This document shows positions 1 to 13,900 of a DNA stretch of 64,000 nucleotides, one piece after another. Under the pieces are notes generated by a model that ran no database searches, was not told the origin of the DNA, and saw only the letters and a list, made by a program, of their open reading frames with translations. Position 1 is the stretch's first letter; each line of letters starts with the position of its first letter. The translations under genes and the position numbers were made by a program. Source of the stretch: Balanoglossus misakiensis (lineage: Eukaryota > Animalia > Hemichordata); assembly GCA_040954595.2 (NCBI GenBank), contig CM082578.2:17615912-17679911 (forward strand). Direction: 5' to 3'.

Positions 1-1256
1 GTCAACGGCAACACTGGTTGTATCAATAGAGCGATGAGCGCCGACACACAGAAGCAACGGCTACGGGGAAATGGCGAGTCAGTTATGCACCCTCTCCAGA
101 AAATGCCAAGAAGTTATGTTGATTTACCCAGGGAAGACGAAAACGCCATTCTCACTCGATTTGGAACGCCTGCGACGTTCGAAATCGGTAAAGATAAACA
201 GTATTTTGTAGCTATCCTTCGAAACCAAATGCTGTAACATTACCTCGATATAATGCAATTTGGATCAAATGCAAGCCATTCCCGATACCTTGTGTTTAAA
301 CGCGTTACTGAAAAATAACAGAATTGTAGTTGACAAACAGGACAGACCAACACAATTGACTGTTGCTTGATTTTGTTATTGCGTATTTTTCGTCTGCAGA
401 ATCTCCCGGTACGACTGACCCTGCGCAGCGACGCTGCAAAATAGCATTGCTGGGTTATGATGACACGGAAAAACATAAGCACATCATCGAGCAGCTGGGC
501 GTTCTGTGGATGGAGTGTGGCATCGACGTCATACTGCCATCATGGAGTGACAAAGAAATTGCAAAGACGCTGCCTTTGCCTTGGTACACCTCGGTGGCGA
601 GGGAGGTTGACAAAATTGTGCTGATCGTTTCTGAGGGCGTCAAGAGGCGATGGAAAGAACTTGAATCTGCTGGGGGAATGCAACAATGTGATGACGTCCC
701 CGCTACCCAGTACACAGCTGCTCATGTAAATAACATCATACTAAATATCGCTATCGATTTGATGTGCGTGGATGTGCAAAGAGGAGAGCTCCGCCACGAC
801 AAATACGCCCAGGTCCTCCTTCCTTACTCACGAGAGGACCAGACCATTCCGTTCTTGAGTAGAACGTACAGCTTTCCGCGCGACGTCGAGTCGATGTATT
901 TCTACCTCCTTGGTTGCAGGGAAAGTGAGCCTCGCACCAGGAGGACGGTGCCTGGCGTTCTGGACATAATGACTAACAGCAGCTGCGGCGTCGCACTGCG
1001 GAGGGACATCGAAGAGATGCAGAGATACGTCACCGAAAACCCAAACTGGTACCAGGACGAACACGGCAGTAACCGAGCATCTGCCGGTGCCTTGTCTAAC
1101 AGAGATTCAGCCTCGGGCCAAAGTAGCTCGTCATTATCAGATGAAACTCTCCAAGAAACATCGAGTCTGATGTATGGAAAGCAACAACAGCAGCAGCAAC
1201 AAAGAAGGGCCCCAGTTGTAAATGGCAATGCGTCTGGGAGATTTACATATATATAG
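1..1256 (+). CDS. SEFIR-domain gene A, 3' part only (probable IL-17 receptor-like); exons <1-187 and 400-1256
   Basis: Frame-1 exon ends at G|GTAAAG (187) and rejoins in phase 1 at TGCAG|AA (400). Terminal exon has SEFIR motifs KIALLGYDDTEKHKHIIEQL, VDKIVLIVSEG, KYAQVLLPYS, YSFPRDVESMYFYL and ENPNWY, then a Ser-rich/poly-Q tail. Same large terminal-exon layout as receptors B-D. The TM and ectodomain would lie upstream of the window, so receptor status is inferred. Confidence 0.8.
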
Positions 1257-1757
1257 GGATTGAACCACACACCTGTTACGGGATCAATTACTTAACTTGA
1301 TCGACCAATCGATCGACAACATGGGCTGCAGTGTAAATTCAATAAATGGCATCTCCTCACAAATATGAAAACCAGAGAATATCAAACATTCTGAAGTCGA
1401 CATCCGAAGATATCGACATTATTTCAAAAGATAGTGTTTGATATTAATAGGCCAACTCGAGATTCGAGATATCACTCGCCTCAGTTCGTGGCGCTGCTTG
1501 ATTCTGACGTTTCTGACTATTAATGCACGGGTTTCCAAGCAACATCCTTGATTTTTTTATGATGAAAAGTTGCATCGTTTTGTCACTGAGTATTCTGTGT
1601 TCTTCGATTTACGTGATCCTTTACGCAAGCTCAGACAAATAACAGTTTACTGGAATTACAAAGTCTTCTTTTTTTCAATGTCGACTATCTTGCTTTGCCT
1701 CGCCTTACAGTATGTTACATCTGCAATGTCTTGCAAGCATGGGTAATATACGAGTTT

Positions 1758-4700
1758 TCACTGATAATACATATCCGAGCACACAGGGAGTGTCTGTTGG
1801 TTAGTGAAACCAAAACTGATCCTGTTCTGTTGCAAAGCGAAGTCGCTGATAGAGTCGTTTGATGCCAGGCTGGCTCGGTCTTCGGGTTGCTCTACGGGCG
1901 GCACGTACACGAATTCCTGCGTCCAGGAAAAATCTTCTGGTTCAGGGGGACAGTTTGCAAACCGGTTGATGACCTTTGGCAGCGTGTACGGGTGTGCGTC
2001 GGCGGACTCGACGGCAGCACCGCTGGCACGGAGAAACCAGTCGGGGTCATCGGTGACGAGGGTTTTCATCGAGTGCACGGCTTGCCGTAGGGTCTGTCCT
2101 TCTCGGCTTTGTTCAAGCATCGCTGACAAGTCTGGAACCGCGTAGGTCGAGGTGGCCGACATTTCGGGGACGTTGTAAAGAGTGAGATAGAATCTTTCAA
2201 TCTGAGACAGCAACTTGAAGTGACTTCCCATCGACCTGAGCGGTTCTGGAATGTCACTCTCACTAGAATAATCGAAGACGACGGTGATGTATTTTCCTCG
2301 TCTTCCGCAGTCACCCCCGGCGAAATCCTGTGATATTATGTTGAGCGCAGGTACGAAGCAGCCTCTGTCGACAAACTCAAAGCTGTTTTCGTTTTTCTTC
2401 TTTTTTGACAGCCCTTGCTCCCAACACAGCCTGGTCCCTTTGGATGCAACCACTATGATTTTGTCAGATTCAACGAACTGTCGGAAAAGCCACGTGGTGA
2501 TACCTTCAACTGCAATGTCATTCTCATTCCACAGCCCTAGATTGACCTTGCATCCACACTTTGCGGACAGAAACCGGGCGAATGAATCCACGACCTTAGT
2601 GTGCCCGTGACAGTCCTCCTTATATAAAATTAGCAGTCGTGGATTTGCTTCTGTAAAGTATAGGCAGAAGAGAACAAGAGTCACAGTAGAGGAAATCACC
2701 ACCAGACAATATTGAAAGGTGACAGATTTGCCATTGTCGCGCCAAAACTACAAACATATGCATATCAGAACGGTTATCCCAGACATTTACCATTCGGACT
2801 GGGCGAGAGTACATGTAAATGTTCGATGGGGTTAATGTCTAAGGGTTAACTGTCCTAGAACCAAACATGCTATAAAACCACTAATCAAATCAAAGATGAA
2901 CGTACGATCACAACATACATACGCGGAGGAACAAATCAGAATGTTGTTGATTGTATCTTACCGGGTTTGAGAGGTGTACAAGTCAGCCTTACGACCCCGT
3001 TCTCGATAGGCTTCTCGTCGCGGTGAGATGCCTCCGCGCTCGACGACCGGCGTTGTCGTCGGTAGCAGTGCAGCATCACCAAAGCAAGGGCTACTGCAGC
3101 CAGCGAAGCGCAACTGATGGAAACGGCCAAGGTCATAACATCCTTGTCCGTGGCTGACCCCTTGCTGCCTCTCTGCTGGGCAGTCTCAATGCTCACCCCG
3201 GAAGTGAACGATGTTGCCGTCTGAGGCGCGGCTGAGGTTTTCTCCAGGCTTGCTCCTGACAAAGGGGACACATCAAGAAATTCAGCAAAAAAGACTGAGG
3301 CAAAATATATTTAAATTTGAACAATTTTCTCAACAGCAACATGGCAAAAGACAGGACCTGAGAAAAACCTACTTGTTCTTACAACTTACCTACGGCGCAG
3401 CTATTATTTATTGCAGTGTAACCGACGTCACAAAAGCACCGGTATCCGCCATAGCGATCGACAGTTTCGCACCGTCCGTGCTCACCACATTCGTTGATAG
3501 AACATGGGTCCCCTTTTTGAGAAAGAAATTTTGAATCAGAAAAAATACAAATGGCGATGCATGTACACACGCGAGGTAATTTTACTCAGCTACTTTATCC
3601 TATGATTCAAGACCTTCACAACTTCAGAACCAACTTTTTCTTTTAGTTTATCGATATTGTCTATGGTGTGAGTTTGCAATCCACTTGAAAAGCCAAGGTA
3701 TACTGCTGGACGGCCGAAGGGATTTGTCCGGACGCCCGGCTAGACTCTTGTTATATTGGAAGAGGAAAACGACACGATAAGAATATCTCACAGGAAAAAA
3801 ATGAATATTTTGATGGAAACGTGAGTTACAGCATGGATACTTGGAATTTGAACTGTACTTCACATACTGGTAACAGTGAAAGACCTTGAACGGCTTTGTC
3901 TGCAGACGTGTACACATTTGGACGCCGGTTTTGGTTGCACCTGTGGAAAATAGGGATAGACGATGAGAACGAGGCTTGCATGACCTATCTCTGACCTCGA
4001 CGTCACGATCGTCATGCAGCAGACGGGAAATTTCCATTAACTCCTCAAAGATGCCACATGTACGTGTCCCCGTCCTGGGCTAACTCCGGATACAGCAAAA
4101 AATTTACGAAAACAAACACTTTCGATGTGCCATGACGTACAGATGCATTTCCTACGATAAAATAAGTTCATCACTCACCATGACTTTGTAGGGTCGAGGC
4201 CCGACCTGAACACCTTCGAATTTGAATTGGATGATTTTATCGCACCCAGAACTCAGGTGGTACGTCAGATTGACGCCACCATTGCCGGTGATTTCCTTCG
4301 TTTGCCCGTCCACTAGAAATTCCTGCGGTGACGAGGAACAAGATGGCGATCATTTCGAAAACTTGAAGCCACAGATTTTTCCGGCTAATGTTTATGGAAA
4401 TTATTCACTATCGCTCGGAGGTGCGGATCATTAACAGATTGTCTGACTGTGCTGCTCGCCCCAACTTTGAACTTTAGCAGTCACGTACAACGCGTTAACG
4501 ACTCCTGCATCGAGCCCTACATCCATTCAGGTATAGATTCAAGTAAAGTGAAGACGATGCAATCAATGAATTCACTCACCTTGTCAATGCTATTTATAGA
4601 AATGGGTCTGTAACCGTCCATTATGCTTATGACGTAATTTTCGAATTCTAATTCCTCGGGAGACTCCAAAAAATAGCCGTAAACGGTTTGATAATACGTA

Positions 4701-7700
4701 GTGATGTTGATGTGTGTCTCCCATGAAGCCTGTGGTGGTTGATCTGTTTCGTAGGCAGGAAAAAAGAACATATAGGTATCCAATCATCCTTTCATGCTAC
4801 TGACAGTAAATTTTTTATCCCCCTCACTTTTGAGAAAGTTGTGTACTGTGTTCTAAATGTTGTACAACCACAGACAGAAAAAGGTACAACGTAAAACATA
4901 AAGTACGATTAAGTATATTTATATTTTTTTAAATTTTAATCATGCATGTGCAGTCGGTGAAACTCAGATGACAATTATAAAGCATAGACGGAACAAAGTA
5001 ACATATGTGTTTTGTAAATGAAAGAATGAATTAATTAATTAATTAATTAATCAATTAATTAATGGATGAGTAAATAGAGAACATTTACTAAACAAGTGAT
5101 TGAATGAATGAATTACTATAGCAAAATGTGAAATTCAATATTCTCACCTGAATCATTTTCTACGACTGTAGAAAACAACAGAAAGTGACATCAAATAAAC
5201 TTACACAATATGCTATTATATGAAGTGATTACAGCTCGCAACAACACAGAAAATAAATAACTTTATTTTACAAGACTTTATTCTCAAGAAACATCTCTGT
5301 AAGTTCAGTCACGTTATTACATCGCATTCATGGCATCAGTCATTCAAATCGTAATCAATCAATCAATCTACATGTACGTACCTTCATGAACGTTTTGGCG
5401 AATATGTTGTTCACCGTTTGATGGCAGTGTTCGAACTAAAAAGCTATAACGACCCGGAGTAATATCAGGAAAATTGTCAAAAGCCCAAGTTACCTGTGGG
5501 AAGGAAAGTACAACGATCAAAGTCATTGTCACAGAGAGAAGATTAGGGAATTAGTCGCTTTTGCTGTCTTCGCACTCAATTTTCCACAACGTTGCAGGCA
5601 GCCATTATGACCGTGGTTGGATGATTCATGACCGATTCTCAAAACCTCTCAAAAAAGAGGCAGTTACTCGTACACAGGTATCGAGATGATTCAACTTCAT
5701 GAAGCCTTTTAATAGAAGTTGACCTATTACCTGTCCGACTGGTCTTACACCCGGGTCAAATCCAGTGATGTTAAATGTGTAGCATATAGCCAGTCCCTGC
5801 GGGTAGCCACTTCCTCCAAGACCGTCCGTGTTCATAATTGCAAGCTGAATTCCCTTAACTCTTGTAATTTCTGCGTACGTGTAAAAATATGAACATTTAT
5901 GGTCAAGCCACTTGCGATTAAATCCAGTTCGGCGGAACCATTCTCACAAACCAGAGCTCTATTTGCGCTCCACGAAAATACATGTAAGGCACCTGTTGCC
6001 GTAAAGAGGCGTGTGGTTTACGACGATGGGCGGAACACCACAGCAAACCTCACAGTAAGCATCTTTTTCTCAAAATTCCTTCGACTGATGAACTCCGTTT
6101 CTTGTCAACAATCATTATTTGACTGTTGAGAACCGGACGATATCCGATCACGGTACTTACCGGCCGAGTTCAATTCGAAAGTGAGACGCACAGATTGTGG
6201 ACTTGGCGATAGGTGCACTTCCAATTGGCTTGGGTAGACCATGTAGGGTTGCACTGCTCCCGGGAAGACGGAGGGGCAGCCTGGCAGTGATTCTGCTGCT
6301 GGCAGCAAAACGTTGTAAGGCACAGATACGCGCATAGATATGAAACACATAAATTTGTCAATTCATGTATCGATCAGCCTGTGTATATACATGTACACAC
6401 GTGAGCTATAATCCGAAATGGCTGTCCACTGTGGTTACATTGGATCGTACATGTATCATGAATCATGACACAAACTGACATACATACGCACTTCATGCAT
6501 ATTATGTCTTTAACATTACAATCTGTAATTTTCTTCAAGGACAAAATCAGATGCCAATCATACATCTAGGTAGTTCTGCTGCATTCGATTGATTGATTGA
6601 TTGATTGATTTGATTGATTGATTGATTGATACGTGTGTTATCTCTTACCTAAACACTGGTCCGGGTTATACATCATGACGTCATCTCTTATTCCATGTAT
6701 GAAAGTTTGCGATCCATTTTGAATATTAGCACGAAGCTGTTATTTGAAGGAAAAAAGTGTGTGAAAAAAAGTTACATTGTATACCGTTCGCCCTGTCATA
6801 TATATCTGACCAGTATTTCCGAAGATTTTTTTTTATTTTTGACCATTTGACACTTAGCTGTATTTGCATATTATGCAACCGTCACTTTCATTTCAACAAA
6901 GTATACACCTGTGTATGCGCACCACATCTATCGATCGTGCATACTGGGGTGGTCGAGATTTTTGCATTGAAAAAATCCACAGACGATGTTTTCTAGGCGC
7001 CCACTGGCCAGGGAAGCATTGAACAATATTTATAGGCCAAGAACATGGCATCCGGATCACAACTGACCAATGACCTTTCCAGCTGTAAATAACCTTTGAC
7101 AGGAAATTCGTCTGGAATATGTTTCGGTTTAGACCAATTCCTAACTCTGCGAATTTCTCGTTTACATCGAAGCCGAGGGTGTCGGAATTGTCCTAAGGAT
7201 GCGACATACAAAATATATGCGCTTTCGAAGGAAGTTGTAAGGAGTTGGAATGTTCTGTTTGTAAAGACGATGTCCATCGTCCTACACTAACAGTGCGATC
7301 CGCGGCTTCTCTCCGCCGGACGATGGGCACCAAGACAATCAACCATGTTGAACAGTTCCCATCCTAAGTCCTTATATTCGTACACACCACGCCTTACTTG
7401 TTTCATGTGATAAACACGTTGAACCCCCAGTGTCCCTGCCATATTAAAAGATGGAAGCGCGGTCGATCTGAGAATCGCCTGGTACCAGGAAGAGTTCGCA
7501 GGGGCCCAGTAGGTCACAAAAGGGGAAACAAACAAGAGCCTGGAAAACAAGCTAAGAGTGTTTGTTGTTCGTGTGTGTGTGTGAAATCAAAGCTCCTTCA
7601 CTGTTCTTTCTCGCTAGTTTTAAATCTAGATTAGAGAAACTTGACATTTCTTTACAACTCTGCTAATGATAGACACGCAAGCAGATACAGGGGCTTTGGC

Positions 7701-7898
7701 GGCAAAACCGCCACATCAGGAAAACCTCGAGCTACGTTACTGCATCACAACAGAAGACTACAAACTAGTGCAGTCTAATGGGATGTACATGACGACGCCT
7801 GCTTGCCTACTCACCGAAAGTTCTGATTCAGCTTGCCAAACCAGTCCGAGCGACACAACCAGAAAAATGGAAAGAACGACAATGCCGTCGATGTTCAT
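1758..7898 (-). CDS. IL-17 receptor-like gene B: signal peptide, FnIII-like ectodomain, 1 EGF, TM, SEFIR
   Basis: Phase-consistent exons: 7898-7815 (CCACCATG; MNIDGIVVLSIFLVVSLGLVWQAESELS), 6736-6649, ~6298-6161, 5870-5731, 5493-5382, 5165-5148, 4743-4580, 4322-4179, 3940-3868, 3512-3390 (EGF DPCSINECGEHGRC..YRCFCDVGY..C), 3255-2962 (TM LAVSISCASLAAVALALVMLHCY-RRQRR) and 2650-1758 (SEFIR PRLLILYKEDCHGHTKVVDSFARFL, SDKIIVVASKGT, KYITVVFDYS). Confidence 0.88.
5028..5062. repeat. (TTAA)n microsatellite
   Basis: aattaattaattaattaattaatcaattaattaa in an intron of gene B. Confidence 0.85.
6587..6630. repeat. (ATTG)n microsatellite
   Basis: gattgattgattg... tract in an intron of gene B. Confidence 0.9.
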
Positions 7899-8012
7899 GG
7901 TGGAAGAGTGGCGTCATCCAGAGAGACTTGACTTCAGTAAAACTTACACTAGTTTCGTCCACAGCAGACGCGTACAACACATCGCATGCGCATAGCGAGA
8001 TGCTGAGGCCCT

Positions 8013-8019
8013 CTTTATA
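8013..8019 (-). promoter_or_regulatory. Candidate TATA box of receptor gene B
   Basis: TATAAAG on the minus strand about 115 bp upstream of the ATG at 7898. An NRF1-like CGCATGCGCA lies at 7983-7992. Confidence 0.3.
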
Positions 8020-10944
8020 CAGCTGAGTGTGAAAGTAAGGGGCGTCGATAATTAAAACATGACCACGGCAAACGGAAAGGAGGGATTAAATGAGCACTTT
8101 GCACGAAGTTTTGGCGTACAAGTTTTACCAGTTCCAAGCCTAAGAGTATGCGTGACACAGTCATGAAAATAGCCCTTTAAACTTTTTGTGGTCAATATAT
8201 ATAGGAACGTTATCATTTTTTTTCAATTTTTACATAGTACACTATTTTCCTCCATTTCTTTTCATTGGCTTGGTCTGCAACAAATATGTCTGTCACGACG
8301 CAGTCACGGATATGAATGTTCCTAACGATACGAGATACAGATTTTGCGAGTTTCCGTGTTGTCTTTTCCCAAAGACAAAACCTTTTGTTGCTAGCATTGA
8401 GACGAGAAATAAAAGCGTTTTGTCGACTTAGAAAAAACATGTGATGGGTGGACGGATGATGGATGGACACAGCCTAAGTGTCTCATTATATAACCGTGTC
8501 CTAAAATTACCAAAAATATCACGATATTCTGTGACTGTCGTTTTAATATTCGGCGCCCACGTACCTGAAAGTTGATATAACAGCGTACTATACGAGATTA
8601 ATGATTACAACGAGCTTTTACTCATTATACATGTAACACGATTGAAATGCCAACATTTAAATCAGAGCGTTGCCATTTAACATTTCCTGTGCGTAAAAAT
8701 ATCACCGATCACTTCCTTGCACGCCACGAATGATAAATTTCCCTCACAAAAGCAGCACGCATGAATTATTCTGGCTGAGGTATTTATCAACATCCTCTTG
8801 AAGCAGCTTGGCGGAAGACGTGTACGGTCTGGTTATCTCTTGGAGAGAAAAAACGCAAAGGCAAGCTCGAAACCCACAAGAAAGCATGTACATAATCTGC
8901 TATGGCAACAAACCAGTGTCGATTTCCTTTCGCTTATGTAACAACCATGCATGATACTTATTGACAGTCGGTCGTGTTTATACAGTTCTTGCCAATGCGT
9001 ACTCTACGTCGCACGTCGCCGATGCTCAATTACCCACAATGCACTGGCCCGTCCCCCATAGACATACAAGTGAATGACAACAGGCCGAGTCAGAATAGCT
9101 AGAAATTTATCGTTCTCGGAAAACCGTGATGATTTTGTGTTTCACGCAGCAATGACAATTCTCCGTTGATAACGTTTTCGCGAGGAATTGTGTTCCGCAG
9201 CCCGACTTTTAAAAAATGACGTCAGAATCGCCAGCTACTTTTCTGTGACGCTGTCAGGACGACCGCCCAATCGTCGTTGCCGGGTGCCGCAAAGGTGAGA
9301 GACAACCCGGGTCACCGTTACTCCGTGGCGTGCGCCTAGCACCGAGGACAAAAAGCTGAAGGCAAATTTAGTAACCCTACGGTTCACAGTCACCACGGTT
9401 CAATGCAGTTAGTCCTACATTGGTAAGCCTGGACTAGGTTTGGTTCGACTCTCTCTATATTCCCGGTAAGCTTTCGTGTTTATTCTTGTATCTCTAAGTA
9501 TATTGACTCAAAGTCGAGTGTTTTCGTAATCCTTTGCCAAAGACAAACCAAACCAAACCAATTCATGTCTCTTGTAAGTTGTATGCTCACTTACTTTGTC
9601 CTCTTGCAAGGTTGGTTTCATACCTGTTCCGCCCGCGACATTTCCACACGACCGATAAAAAAACACTTTCACGGACGGTCTCTTACCTGACGACTGGTTA
9701 ATCACAATGCTAGAGCAAACTTGAAGGTATAATCGTCAAACAACAAAAGAGACCACGGAGAACCCGCGTTAAGCACCGTCAAACGGCACTGATTGTTCCA
9801 AACCGTTATGTTTTGACACTGGTCAAATCCCAAAATTACAATTAAAACCTATTCAGTACTGTACATATTGGGGGTGTATGTATTGGCCTCATCAACAACT
9901 TATTTTGCGTTACTTTCTGCGGATTTGTGATTTTCAAAACAAAGGCTTTGACATATATTTGAAGGAGACAGACAACAGCATTGTTGTCAACATAAACAAA
10001 TTCATTCGGCCGACATAAAATGAATAGCCGTCCATTTTGAAGGTCAGGGAGGGGGTCAGGCCCTTTCTTTTATCCTTACATTCAGTTCATATACGTTATC
10101 TTGTCCGTTGATTGTTACTAGTTCCGGGCAAAACTTGACCGAAATGAGATTGCCATGGTTACCGACTATCTGCACAGTCGTTCACCAGCAATCAACCCTC
10201 TGGTATACGAGACCTCTTCTCGTTGAAATGTTCACTTTAGTGACATTCTTTATTTTGAAAGGATCAACCATCAATAGAAACGCCTAGCCACCCACGAGTG
10301 CTTTGTTTAAATACCTACACTCTATTGAGGCGTCGCCTAGGCGCCCGCCCCAGTCAAGACTTGTACGGCGGTGATTGACCAATCATGTGTCGTTATCTGC
10401 CAAGATTCCATGTGTCGGGGTCAGCTAAGGTCACCTTACGGTGTACTTCGCTATTCAGTTGCCCATGTCAGTTGAATGACAACATGTTTCATTGTCTAAT
10501 ACACTTCTATCGTATACCTGATATCGGCAGCGATTTGATCTGTCATTGAGCAAGTTCAAATCATCGATAACGACGTCGGAATTATTCTACCTTCATTTAC
10601 TGGTCATAGTTACCCTGTACTCAGAAAACAGTGAACAAATGACTGCCTATTATTCTATGTTTAAAACTCACGATATATTTTTATTGCGTACACAATGGGT
10701 TGTTTGACCAGGTATTCCCATTGTCGCTGGCACACCTCAGAACTAGCACCAAGTCTCTTTGCCCCCAGTTTCATCGTTCTCAGAAGCTCAGTACGTGCAA
10801 ATGCATACATTTAAGTTTGTGTTTTTGTCTATAAAAACATCAGTTTCCATCACAAATTTATCGGTTCTCCTTTTGACGGCAAATTATTGCACACAACACT
10901 TATCTTTTGTAGGTCGGACGCGACTGTAGTGCAAAGGTACCAAG

Positions 10945-13900
10945 ATGATGACTGAAGACGCATGGCAGGATTTTGGTCTTCAGCGCCTTTTCAATCCTAA
11001 TAATTTGGAGTTCCTGCCTATTGAAGAACAGCTGAAATTGTACAAGAAAAGGGACCTCGCCAAAACCAAGGCAATCAGAACCGAGTGGAAGATATGGGGA
11101 GAACCAAGAAATCGTAAGCGAATAATAGTCGCGCCGCCCATGGAAAAAGTACCCCCTCCGGTGAGGGCTCATGGCGTCACGGCACACAGTCCTTCGGAGA
11201 CTCGCTCACGTGACCAAGGGACACGTCCCTCAAGAGAAACCGAATCACCCCCTCTGAAAGTGAAAACACCCGATACAATATCGCTAATTAACCAACAGCC
11301 GATAGGAGAAAAATTCAAGAGACAACTGGAACAGCGGAAAATGGACCAAAAGCGAGTAGTCTACAGTCCGTGGCTTCAAAACAGAAAAGGATTTCGAGCA
11401 AATTTTGAGCAGTTAGACGACTGCTCTTTTCGGTGGGTGTCGAGGAAACCAAACAAGAGTCCCATAGAAAGGAAATATTACCAGCAACAGTTGGCGATGA
11501 GACGCAACCTGGACGACACCGACAACGAACACAGTGAGGTCAGTAAAGCTACAGCGGGCCCAAACAAAATCACGTTTCCGCTAAAATCCGAGCTTATATG
11601 ATGTGTAGTTTACCAGTGGCCATGAGTATTTTTCGAGTCGCGAAGTCACAAACATGGCGAAAATGAACTATTTTACTCGTTCCTATTTGACCAGAGTCCC
11701 TTTAGGGGCTGACTGTGCCTTAATTCTGTCCATCTCTGTCCTTCCAGATGAAGTTTGTTGATGTGTATGATACTGACGTACCAATACCGCCAGAAGACAT
11801 CTTGTCAGAGATGTCATTTGACAGTAGCTTGTATGCACAAAGCGTAAGTATTGGAACGTCCATCCATCACATGTTATTCTAATTTACAAAAGTGAAGCGT
11901 ACGATTGACGTTTATGAATTGTCGCAGTGACACCGAAGTACATGCATATTCGTGATATAGTCTGAAATTATTCAAATCTGAACTGTTTCCAGGAGCAATT
12001 CTGTAACTTTAATAAAAAATGCTTGACGCGATTACCGAGATAGTAAGCTATATACGGAACGGCATTTCTTTTCAAATGAAACACATGAAACACTGATCAT
12101 TTCATTCACTCACGGCACCACCTTCTTTCTTGACACAAGGATGTGACTGAAGTGAGCAGACCCAACACGGTTGGCTTCAAAATGCCCAAGATAGTTCAAC
12201 CGTCTGCAAAAGCCATGGCTCTGATTGCAGACTACATCCACAGACAGAGAATTCGACTCATCGAGCTTTTCATGAGAGTCGACAAAAATAAAGACTGGAA
12301 AGTGAACAAGTCCCAGTTTCGACAGTGTATGGCGGAGGTAAGTATTTTCTAATATTCCTTCGGGCATGTCTGCAACTCCATTGAAAATCCATTCACTGTG
12401 ATCAGCAAACACAAGCTTCAATCCCAACCCATTTAAACTGTATTGAGAATTTTGCAAAGATTATTAATTCCAGTGTTCTCATTGCTGCAAACAAACATAG
12501 CCGCAGATCCTGGAGTGGTCTTTCCATAACAAAGAGTTTAACAACGTCATTCCAGTTTGCTAAGATTCTTAATCGTCATCCTAATCCTGAATCTCCCCCA
12601 AAGGGTTCTGGCACGCCGTCACTCTGGTACAATACATGCACACAGGCCTTAAACCGCTTAACCCAAAAGAATTAAAGCTTACAGAAAGATTTTGTCGGGG
12701 TGTCCTAGGGACATTATATACGTGTACACTGAATGGCATTATAAAGTCATTGGTTTGTCACTTATCACTCAGGCTCGGATCCAGTTGTCTGACCAAGAAG
12801 TGGATGACCTCATGATGACCTTAGACACCGATGAAAATGAAGAACTCGACTACAGGCATTTCGTTTACGGCATGAATCGTTACAAAGAAGAACAGAAAGA
12901 TCTCCGGACCTCGTCGGAGTTTGAAGGTAAAATACGTGGTGTTTTTCGTTAACTGTCATTGTATGACAGTAACAGTAGGCCTATAAATCTTGGTGGAGTG
13001 TACCATCCTATGCTGTTCTTGTGTGTTCTCATTGCACTTTATGATAGCCAACAATATTCCATGTAAATGTGCGGTGGCGAAAAACACTGGTCGTCGTAGC
13101 CATGTTCTAAATCATATTCCTTCTGTATCTTTCTTAGACTCATATTCCCGTGAATGGTCATCGGAAAAACTGAGAGTGGGGTCGTCTAGGGGCGTGTCCA
13201 GGGAATCGTCAACGTTACTACCCAGTATGAGTGGATCACGCTCATCGTCTCGGGTCCAGTCGGCCACGGACCAACGTCAAGGATCGGCCTCTTCCGTCAA
13301 ATCAAGAAACGCGACCACCCCACCAACGGTGGTGGTCGTCGATCATGATGACGAGGACCAGGAAAACTCCAATTTGCTTCGAGTACCGTCGACAGATTTG
13401 TCGGAACAGATTGAAATGGACCCAGATGATCTGATAATCAAGAAGAAAAGAGAAAAGGTTTTCAATAGACTGGTAAATGGTTATATCATCCATAAATTCT
13501 GTTTCCATGTGTAGAGGTACCAGATGCCGGACGCATATGCTTATTACTTTACCAATAAGCATCGATGAATGGACTTTACATATACGTATAACACATAATT
13601 AGCATTTTAATCAACTCCTCAGTTTTATTTCTGGGGCAATGATTTTTTGTCATGGTCTCTCGTCGTTCTTTTACAGTCTGGAAAATCCCTAGACAGGAAG
13701 ATGGCGGCCAAATCTGCCGAACCAAAACGCATATACACGGGCGAATCAAAGTTGGACAACTTCTCAACGCTAAGCTCGATGAGTGGTGGTATGGGCGGCG
13801 TGGCTAACAGATACAAAGAAAATCACGTGAAGGAATTCCGCCAGGTGCTGCTCCGATGTAAACAACGCAATGTGACAATGGATGAGAGAACGCTTGAAAA

